The notes beneath the pieces are model-generated. The model was not told where the DNA came from, did not search any database, and saw nothing but the letters and a program-made list of their open reading frames with translations. Positions 55,739-64,000 of a stretch of DNA of 64,000 bases are shown here, piece by piece (the stretch's first letter is position 1; the number at the start of each line of letters is the position of its first letter). Where the stretch lies: assembly GCA_903893975.1 (NCBI GenBank), contig CAITOL010000064.1:2001-66000 (forward strand). Direction: 5' to 3'. The position numbers were made by a program, and so were the translations under genes. The DNA is from an uncultured Rhodospirillales bacterium (GTDB lineage: Bacteria > Pseudomonadota > Alphaproteobacteria > Acetobacterales > Acetobacteraceae).

Positions 55739-56434
55739 ATGTTGGAAGTTCAGGCTGTGGACCTGCATTACGGCGCGGCGATTGCGCTGCGGCGGGTGTC
55801 ATTGCAGGCGCGCATTGGCGAGGTGACCTGCCTGCTCGGCCGCAACGGGGTGGGCAAGACCAGCCTGCTGCGGGCGATTACCGGAGTGCATCCGGTGTCA
55901 TCAGGCAAAATTCTTTGGAACGGCACCGATATCACCACCTTGCCGACCTATGAGCGGGCGCGGCTGGGCATTGCCAGCGTGCCGCAGGGGCGCGACATTT
56001 TTCCGTTGCTGACGGTGCGGGAAAATCTGGAAACCGGCTTCGCGGTGCTGCCGCGACGCGAACATTTTGTGCCGGATGAAATCTACGCCTTGTTTCCGGT
56101 GTTGAAGACCATGCTCGGCCGGCGCGGCGGAGATCTGTCGGGCGGGCAGCAGCAGCAGCTGGCGATTGCGCGCGCGCTGGTGATGAAGCCGAAGCTGCTG
56201 GTGCTGGATGAGCCGACCGAGGGCATCCAGCCCAGCATCATCAAGGATATCGGCCGGGTGATCGAGCTGCTACGCTCACGCGGGGAAATGGCGATTTTGT
56301 TGGTGGAACAATATTTCGATTTCGCCAAGGAACTTGCCCAACGCATCGCGGTGATGGACCGGGGCGATATCGTGCTGCAAGGCGCGCGTGAGGAGCTTGA
56401 TGAACACGATGTCCGCCGTCGCCTCTCGGTCTGA
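55739..56434 (+). CDS. urtE: urea ABC transporter ATP-binding protein UrtE
   Basis: GRNGVGKTS, LSGGQQQQLAIARAL, LLVLDEPTEGIQP. Confidence 0.9.
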   Translation: MLEVQAVDLHYGAAIALRRVSLQARIGEVTCLLGRNGVGKTSLLRAITGVHPVSSGKILWNGTDITTLPTYERARLGIASVPQGRDIFPLLTVRENLETGFAVLPRREHFVPDEIYALFPVLKTMLGRRGGDLSGGQQQQLAIARALVMKPKLLVLDEPTEGIQPSIIKDIGRVIELLRSRGEMAILLVEQYFDFAKELAQRIAVMDRGDIVLQGAREELDEHDVRRRLSV

Positions 56435-57251
56435 ATTTCAGCGCGCATGGGGGGATTTGCGGGTCACGCTGCGACTGCGGGATGGGCGGACGGTGCTGGA
56501 GGATCTGCGCCAGGATGGCTGCCTGAAGGCGCGGTTTCCGCGTCCGGTGGATCTGGCGGAGGTGACGACGCTGAACACCTCTGGCGGGGTGGCGGGCGGC
56601 GACCGGTTGCGGATGGCATTCGAGGTCGGCGCCGGGGCTGCGGCCTGCTTTGCCTCCCAGGCGGCGGAGCGGTTTTATCGGGCGTTGCCGGAGGATGCGC
56701 CGGCGCGGCTGCGCAGCACCGTGCGGGTGGCCGCCGGCGGGCTGGCGGAATGGCTGCCGCAGGAGAGCATCCTGTTCGACCGCTGCGCGCTCGATCGGGT
56801 GCTGGAGGTGGATATGGCCGCCGATGCGCGCTTTATCGGTGTGGAGTCGCTGGTGTTCGGCCGGGCGCTGATGGGCGAGACAGTGCGCGCGGCGCGGCTG
56901 GCCGACACCATCCGCATTCGCCGCGACGGGCGATTGCTGCTGCACGACGCGATCCGGCTGGATGGCGATCTGGCAACGGCGATGGCGCGGCCGGCGATTG
57001 GCGCCGGGGCGGGCGCGGTGGCAACGCTGCTATATGTGGCACCCGACGCCCCTGCCCGGCTGGACGCGCTGCGCGCGGCCTGGGCGGCGGGCGCAGTGGA
57101 GGGCGCGGTGGAGGGCGGCGCGAGTTGCTGGGACGGGATGCTGGTGGGGCGGCTGGTGGCGCGCGATGGTGCGGCCTTGCGCGCGGCGGTTGCCAGTGGC
57201 TTAGAGTGTTTGCGCGACGGCCGGGCCTTGCCGCGCGTATGGATGTGCTGA
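56400..57251 (+). CDS. ureD: urease accessory protein UreD
   Basis: [10 protein letters not shown]...[14 protein letters not shown]...QAAERFYRA is typical of UreD/UreH. Candidate starts (GTG 56388, ATG 56400, ATG 56409) all lie inside the 3' end of urtE. Confidence 0.8.
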   Translation: MNTMSAVASRSEFQRAWGDLRVTLRLRDGRTVLEDLRQDGCLKARFPRPVDLAEVTTLNTSGGVAGGDRLRMAFEVGAGAAACFASQAAERFYRALPEDAPARLRSTVRVAAGGLAEWLPQESILFDRCALDRVLEVDMAADARFIGVESLVFGRALMGETVRAARLADTIRIRRDGRLLLHDAIRLDGDLATAMARPAIGAGAGAVATLLYVAPDAPARLDALRAAWAAGAVEGAVEGGASCWDGMLVGRLVARDGAALRAAVASGLECLRDGRALPRVWMC

Positions 57252-57261
57252 GGAAACAACC

Positions 57262-57564
57262 ATGAATTTGACCCCGCGCGAGAAAGACAAATTGCTGATC
57301 GCCATGGCCGCCATGGTGGCGCGCCGGCGCCTGGAGCGTGGCGTGAAGCTGAACTACCCGGAGGCGATTGCGCTGATTTCCGACTACGTGGTCGAGGGCG
57401 CGCGCGACGGGCGGTCGGTGGCCGATCTGATGCAGGATGGCGCCAAGGTGATCCGTCGCGACCAGGTGATGGAGGGCATCGCCGAGATGATCCACGATGT
57501 GCAGGTGGAAGCCACCTTCCCCGACGGCACCAAGCTGGTGACCGTGCATGAGCCGATCCGCTGA
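57262..57564 (+). CDS. ureA: urease subunit gamma
   Basis: [41 protein letters not shown]... is a near-canonical UreA. Confidence 0.95.
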   Translation: MNLTPREKDKLLIAMAAMVARRRLERGVKLNYPEAIALISDYVVEGARDGRSVADLMQDGAKVIRRDQVMEGIAEMIHDVQVEATFPDGTKLVTVHEPIR

Positions 57565-57574
57565 GGAGGTGAGC

Positions 57575-57876
57575 ATGATCCCAGGTGAAATTGAAACCGC
57601 CGACGGCGATATCGAACTGAATGTGGGCCTGCCGCGCACCGCGCTGACGGTGGCCAATACCGGCGACCGGCCGATCCAGGTCGGCAGCCACTATCATTTT
57701 GCCGAAACCAATCCGGCTTTGCAGTTCGACCGCGCCGCCGCGCGCGGCCAGCGGCTGGATATCGCCGCCGGCACCGCCGTGCGGTTCGAGCCCGGACAGA
57801 GCCGGGATGTGGTGCTGGTGCCGTTTGAAGGCGCACGCAAGGTGTTTGGCTTTCGCGGCGATGTGATGGGAGATCT

Positions 57877-57880
<4 letters not shown>
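57575..57880 (+). CDS. ureB: urease subunit beta
   Basis: Trimmed to ATG 57575, which follows [23 protein letters not shown]...[21 protein letters not shown] is canonical UreB. Confidence 0.9.
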
Positions 57881-59585
<1,705 letters not shown>

Positions 59586-59586
<1 letters not shown>

Positions 59587-60059
59587 TGCACAGCCACGCG
59601 GTTTTGCCGGCCGGCAGTTGGGATGCGGCGCGCGAGGTAGATCAGGTGCTGATCGACTTCGACCGCCGCTTCCGCCGCCGCATCCGGCTGGAGACGGTGG
59701 CCGGCCGGGCGGTGCTGCTCGACCTGGCGCAGGCGGTGCGGCTGCGCGATGGCGACGGGTTGGAAGTGGCCGGGGGCGTGGTGCGGGTGGTGGCGCAGGC
59801 GGAGGCGCTGGCGGAAATCCACGCCCATAGCGATGCCGAGCTGGTGCGGATTGCCTGGCACCTGGGCAACCGGCATCTGCCGGTGCAGTTGCTGGGGGAC
59901 CGCATCCGCATTCGTCAGGACCATGTGATCGAGGCGATGGTGGACGGTTTAGGCGGCCATGTGGAGCGGCTGCTGGCGCCGTTCGACCCGGAAGCCGGGG
60001 CTTATGCCGGCGGGCATTCCCATGCGCATGACGACGATGACGACCATCATCACCACTGA
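59586..60059 (+). CDS. ureE: urease accessory (nickel metallochaperone) protein UreE
   Basis: VRIAWHLGNRHLPVQ is the core motif. The C-terminal tail is His/Asp-rich ([14 protein letters not shown]). 1-nt overlap with the ureC stop. Confidence 0.85.
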
Positions 60060-60723
60060 CCCCGCGCCGCTGCTGCGCCTGCTGGCCTGGATGTCGCCCG
60101 CCTTCCCCACCGGGGCGTATGCGTATTCGCACGGGCTGGAATGGCCGGTGGACCGGGGCGAGATTACCGATGGGCCGAGTTTGCAGGCCTGGATTGGCGA
60201 TATTCTGCGCCATGGCGCCGGGCATAATGATGCGATTTTGCTGCGCCGGGCGCATCGGGCGGCCGGCGATTTCGATGCCCTGGTGGCGGTAGCGGAAATG
60301 GCGCTGGCGGTGTGCGCCAGTGCGGAGCGGCGGGCGGAGACGATCGGCCAGGGCAATGCGTTTCTGGCCGCCGCCAGCGCGTGGCAGCCGGTGGGGCTGC
60401 GCCGGCTGGCGGACCGGGTGGGCGATCTGGCGTATCCGGTAGCTGTCGGCGCCCTGGCCGGCGCGCAGGGCATTGCTGAGGAGGCCGCCTGCTGCGCGCT
60501 GTTGCAGGGCTTTGCGGCCAATATGATATCCGCCTGCGTGCGACTGGTTCCGTTGGGGCAATCCACCGGGCTTGCGGTGCTGGCGGCGCTGGAGCCGGTG
60601 ATTGTTGCGGTGGCGGCGGCGACCCGCACGGCAACGCTGGCAGATTTGGGCGGCTTCGGCTTTCGTGCCGATCTGGCCGCCATGCATCACGAGACCCAAT
60701 ATACGAGGCTATTTCGCTCATGA
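60028..60723 (+). CDS. ureF: urease accessory protein UreF
   Basis: [27 protein letters not shown] is a typical UreF N-terminus. The start (60028 or 60037) lies inside the ureE 3' end. Confidence 0.8.
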   Translation: MTTMTTIITTDPAPLLRLLAWMSPAFPTGAYAYSHGLEWPVDRGEITDGPSLQAWIGDILRHGAGHNDAILLRRAHRAAGDFDALVAVAEMALAVCASAERRAETIGQGNAFLAAASAWQPVGLRRLADRVGDLAYPVAVGALAGAQGIAEEAACCALLQGFAANMISACVRLVPLGQSTGLAVLAALEPVIVAVAAATRTATLADLGGFGFRADLAAMHHETQYTRLFRS

Positions 60724-61343
60724 CACGATCCCAGAATGGCCCGCTGCGTGTGGGTGTTGGCGGCCCGGTTGGCACGGGTAAAACCGCGCTGATGGATGCG
60801 TTGTGCAAAATGTTGCGCGAACGCTACGACATTGCCGCGATCACCAATGATATCTACACCAAGGAAGACGCGGAGTTTCTGACCCGCGCCGGGTCGCTGT
60901 CCCCCGATCGGATTCTGGGCATTGAAACCGGCGGCTGCCCGCATACCGCGATCCGCGAGGATGCCAGCATCAACCTGGCCGGGGTGACCGAACTGAACCG
61001 GCGGTTTCCGGCGCTGGATGTGATTTTGATTGAGAGCGGCGGCGACAATCTGGCCGCGACCTTCAGCCCGGAACTGGCGGATATCACGATTTACGTGATC
61101 GACGTCTCCGCCGGGGACAAAATTCCGCGCAAGGGCGGGCCGGGCATTACCCGCAGCGATTTGCTGGTGATCAACAAAATCGACCTGGCGCCGCATGTGG
61201 GCGCCAGCCTGGAGGTGATGGACCGCGATTCCAAGCGGATGCGCGGGACGCGGCCGTATTTGTTCAGCAATATCCGCGCTGGGCAGGGCGTGGCGGACAT
61301 CGCCGCGTTTATCGAGCGTGAGGGTGGGCTGGCGGCGGGGTAG
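60720..61343 (+). CDS. ureG: urease accessory GTPase UreG
   Basis: [12 protein letters not shown]-loop, [32 protein letters not shown] overlap with ureF. Confidence 0.95.
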   Translation: MTRSQNGPLRVGVGGPVGTGKTALMDALCKMLRERYDIAAITNDIYTKEDAEFLTRAGSLSPDRILGIETGGCPHTAIREDASINLAGVTELNRRFPALDVILIESGGDNLAATFSPELADITIYVIDVSAGDKIPRKGGPGITRSDLLVINKIDLAPHVGASLEVMDRDSKRMRGTRPYLFSNIRAGQGVADIAAFIEREGGLAAG

Positions 61344-61390
61344 GCAAAAAATCCTTGCAGCGGGATAGGGAAATGGTTAATTAAGATGAC

Positions 61391-61972
61391 ATGCCCTCCT
61401 CCCTCTCCCCCGCCGTGCTGCCGGATGACCTCGCGGAGGTGGCGCGCAAGCTCGCGGTGATTATGGCCGGGCTGGCCGGTGTGGTGGCGGCGCGGTTTTT
61501 GCGCATGCCGGCGCTGGCCGGGTTGATTGTGCCGCTGTGGTGGCGGTTGCAGCGGGTGAGCGGGCGGTTCAGCAAGAAGATGGTGCGGCGGGTGACCGCA
61601 GCGAAGCCGCGCCGGGCGGCGGCCCCGCGCGCGGCGGCGAGGCCGCGCAAGCCCGGCGTGCGGCTGCCGGGCGGCAAAGGCTGGTTGGTCCGCGTGCTCG
61701 GCTACGAGGCGGCGGGCTATGGCTCGCAACTCGCGCATTTGCTGACCGACCCGGCGATGCAGGCAGCGATTGCCGAGGTGCCCGGCGTTGGCCGGGTGTT
61801 GCGGCCGATCTGCCGCATGCTGGCGGTGGACTGGCCGGCGGTGGCGGTGGCGCCGGTGGTGGTGGAGCCTGGAGTGGCTGAGCCGGAACTGGCGCGTGCG
61901 GAGGTGCCGATGGCGGCGTTGCGGGTTACCGATACGCCGGCCGCGCCGGAGCTTCGTGTCAAAATTTCCTAG
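61391..61972 (+). CDS. hypothetical membrane-associated protein (193 aa)
   Basis: It has a hydrophobic N-terminal segment (LAVIMAGLAGVVAARFLRMPALAGLIVPLWW). A basic Ala/Pro/Arg tract follows, then GWLVRVLGYEAAGYGSQLAHLLTDPAMQAAIAEVPGVGRVLRPICRML. G/C-rich third positions are consistent with coding. I recognise no family. Confidence 0.5.
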   Translation: MPSSLSPAVLPDDLAEVARKLAVIMAGLAGVVAARFLRMPALAGLIVPLWWRLQRVSGRFSKKMVRRVTAAKPRRAAAPRAAARPRKPGVRLPGGKGWLVRVLGYEAAGYGSQLAHLLTDPAMQAAIAEVPGVGRVLRPICRMLAVDWPAVAVAPVVVEPGVAEPELARAEVPMAALRVTDTPAAPELRVKIS

Positions 61973-62014
61973 GCATGGCCTGGGTATTTTTGCGTCGATT
62001 TCGTTGCGATATCG

Positions 62015-63898
62015 TTATAAATACGGGCTACGCGCCTGCCGTTCGGCCAGTTGCGCGGCCATGCGGGTGGGGGCATTGGCGGCGCCGAAGCCGGCATAGC
62101 CGTCCACGCGCTGCACGATTTCAAAGTAAAACCGATCCTGGAACCCGGCAGTGTAGGCATGCAGAAACTCGCCGGCCTCATCACGGTCATACAGCAGATT
62201 GGCGGCTTGCAGTTCGGCCAGGCGTTCGTCCGACAGGGCGAACCGGGCGGCGAGGTCGTCGTAATAATTCGCGGGGATGGTGAGCAGCGGGGCGCCCTGG
62301 GCGCGCAGGCTGGCGAGGGTGGCGAAGATATCGGCGGTGTCGAGTGCGACGTGATGCACCCCGGCACCGGACATGGCGGTGATGACGCGGCCGGTGCCGG
62401 TGTCCCGGCTTTCGGAGATGTTCAGCGGCAGGCGCAAGGTGCCGTCGGCACTCAGCATGGCGCGGCTGCGGATCAGGCCGAACGGGTCTGGCAGTTCATA
62501 AAGCTGCGCCGGTTGCAGGCCGAAGACCGCGCGCCAGAACAGCACGTAATTGTCCATCCGGCCCGGCGGCAAAGCGTGGGCGATGTGATCGACATTCATC
62601 GCCGCATCATCCGACGCGTCGGGGAAGAGCACGAAATCATCCTCCCAGATGCTGCGACCGGACGGGTCGGGGCCGACGAGGTAGACCAGGGTGCCATCCG
62701 GGGCGCGCACGGCGGGGATGGCGCGCTCGCCCTCGCCGATCTGTTCGCGCCATTCCGGCGACAGCATCGCGGTGGCGCGGTGCACCGCACGGGCGGCATC
62801 ATCGACCCGCAGCGCCAAAGCGCAGACCGAGGCGCCGTGCATTTCAAAATGCTCCAGCGCCGCGCTGTCCGGTTCGGCGTTCAACACCAGATTGACCCGG
62901 CCCTGGCGATAAAGTTCCACCGCCTTGGAGCGATGGCTGCCGGCGTGGCGGAAGCCGAGTTGGCGCAGGAAGCTGGCGAGGGCGGCGGCGGCCGTGCCAT
63001 CGACGGCGAATTCGATGAACTCCACCCCATCGAACACCGGCGGGGCGGGCTGGGCGGCGACGCCGGCTTCGGCGGTGACCCAGGCGATGGAGCGCAGCCC
63101 GTCGCGGGCGGAGATCGGCGCGGGGGCGGCGCGGACGTCGTCGTTAAAAATCTCCAGCGAGATCGGGCCGGCATAGCCGCTGGCCAGCACATCGCGCAGG
63201 AAGCTGGCGACCGGCAGATCGCCCTGGCCGGGGAAGTTGCGGAAATGCCGGCTCCAGGACAGCACATCCATCGACAGGCGCGGTGCGTCGGCCATTTGCA
63301 GGAAGAAAATGCGCTCGCCCGGCAGCTGGGCGAGGCCGGCGGAACTGTCGCCGAGGGCGAGGGTGTGGAAACTGTCCACGATCAGGCCGAGGGCGGGATG
63401 GGCGGCCTGTTCGACGATGCGCCAGGCCTGCGACCAGCGTTGCACGTTGCGGCCCCAGGCCAGCGCCTCATAGCCGACGCGCAGGCCGCGGCGGGCGGCG
63501 CGTTCGGCCATTTCGGCGAGGTCGGCGGCGGCGCGGGCGTCATCATCGATGGCGGCGGCCTGCACGTTGCTGCACACCAGCACCAGATCGGTGCCGAGGG
63601 CCTGCATGACATCGAACTTGCGTTCGGCGCGATCGAGGTTGCGGGCGCGGATCGGGTCCGGCATCGCCTCAAAATCGCGGAAGGGTTGGTAGATGGAAAT
63701 CTCCAGCCCTAGATCCTCCACCGCCTGGCGGATGGTGGCCGGGGTTTCCCCGCAGGTCAGCAGGTCGTTCTCAAAAATCTCCACCGCATCAAAGCCGATG
63801 CGGGCGGCGGCCTCCAGCTTGTCGAGCAGGGTGCCGCTCAACGAAACGGTGGCGATGGAGGTTTTGTTGGCGCGCCGGGGCGGGAGGGCTTGGGACAT
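62015..63898 (-). CDS. quiC: fused 3-dehydroshikimate dehydratase: xylose-isomerase-like TIM barrel plus HPPD-like VOC domain (QuiC1/QsuB type)
   Basis: Trimmed to ATG 63898. The N-terminal IATVSLSGTLLDKLEAAARIGFDAVEIFENDL...LVCSN is a sugar-phosphate isomerase/epimerase fold. The C-terminal half (FDGVEFIEFAV...GVHHVAL...FYFEIVQR) is 4-hydroxyphenylpyruvate-dioxygenase-like. Confidence 0.75.
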   Translation of the reverse strand: MSQALPPRRANKTSIATVSLSGTLLDKLEAAARIGFDAVEIFENDLLTCGETPATIRQAVEDLGLEISIYQPFRDFEAMPDPIRARNLDRAERKFDVMQALGTDLVLVCSNVQAAAIDDDARAAADLAEMAERAARRGLRVGYEALAWGRNVQRWSQAWRIVEQAAHPALGLIVDSFHTLALGDSSAGLAQLPGERIFFLQMADAPRLSMDVLSWSRHFRNFPGQGDLPVASFLRDVLASGYAGPISLEIFNDDVRAAPAPISARDGLRSIAWVTAEAGVAAQPAPPVFDGVEFIEFAVDGTAAAALASFLRQLGFRHAGSHRSKAVELYRQGRVNLVLNAEPDSAALEHFEMHGASVCALALRVDDAARAVHRATAMLSPEWREQIGEGERAIPAVRAPDGTLVYLVGPDPSGRSIWEDDFVLFPDASDDAAMNVDHIAHALPPGRMDNYVLFWRAVFGLQPAQLYELPDPFGLIRSRAMLSADGTLRLPLNISESRDTGTGRVITAMSGAGVHHVALDTADIFATLASLRAQGAPLLTIPANYYDDLAARFALSDERLAELQAANLLYDRDEAGEFLHAYTAGFQDRFYFEIVQRVDGYAGFGAANAPTRMAAQLAERQARSPYL

Positions 63899-64000
63899 GG
63901 GGCGATCATAACGGCAAACCGGCGGGGAAAAAATGGGGGCAAGCAAAGTTTAACCAGATGGTCCATATTTGCGCGACGGCTGCGCCAAGGTGCCGCGCAG

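Noticed and set aside
63952-64000. Possible 3' end of another minus-strand gene at the right edge (…LRGTLAQPSRKYGPSG-stop in one frame).
   Set aside because: Only about 16 codons are visible. There is no way to distinguish coding from non-coding or to choose the frame.

Overview
This is a very GC-rich, gene-dense chromosomal segment; third codon positions are almost all G/C. Gene content and protein sequences look alphaproteobacterial, but that is inference only. I call about 58 protein genes, one tRNA-Ser(UGA) and a few regulatory elements. I saw no IS element, integrase, CRISPR array, rRNA or recognisable transcription-factor gene.

Content from left to right:
- An amino-acid ABC fragment.
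- A CoA-transferase / crotonase-like / single-chain biotin carboxylase operon.
- A family-5 binding protein with an acyl-CoA synthetase.
- pepF coupled to an ABC1/UbiB-like kinase.
- An LpxR-like / DUF1932 oxidoreductase / RidA / small exported protein operon.
- A TTC38-like TPR gene and tRNA-Ser.
- A Lon-like protease with an overlapping partner gene.
- A metallophosphoesterase with a sugar ABC importer.
- An extradiol dioxygenase, a dienelactone hydrolase and selO.
- A run of small redox enzymes.
- pqiABC.
- Two Dpp/Opp-type importers flanking an MFS gene.
- A TauE exporter.
- A contiguous urtABCDE-ureDABCEFG block.
- An orphan membrane protein.
- A fused 3-dehydroshikimate dehydratase.

Most of this is ordinary. 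The two loci I consider most worth follow-up:
1. 1236-7800: a tandem-fused family III CoA-transferase, a crotonase-fold protein lacking both hydratase glutamates, and a BC-BCCP-CT single-chain carboxylase. This could be an uncharacterised carboxylation module.
2. 18822-22066: a LonC-like protease with an intact Ser-Lys dyad but degenerate Walker A/B motifs, translationally coupled to an unannotatable 275-aa partner, next to a tRNA-Ser.

I cannot show that either is a genuinely new system without database searches.

Many long ORFs in the supplied track are antisense shadow ORFs typical of high-GC DNA and were discarded. Many real ORFs in the track are over-extended at the 5' end. I trimmed their starts using signal peptides, Shine-Dalgarno-like motifs, stop/start overlaps and expected family N-termini. 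Start coordinates are therefore less certain than stops.
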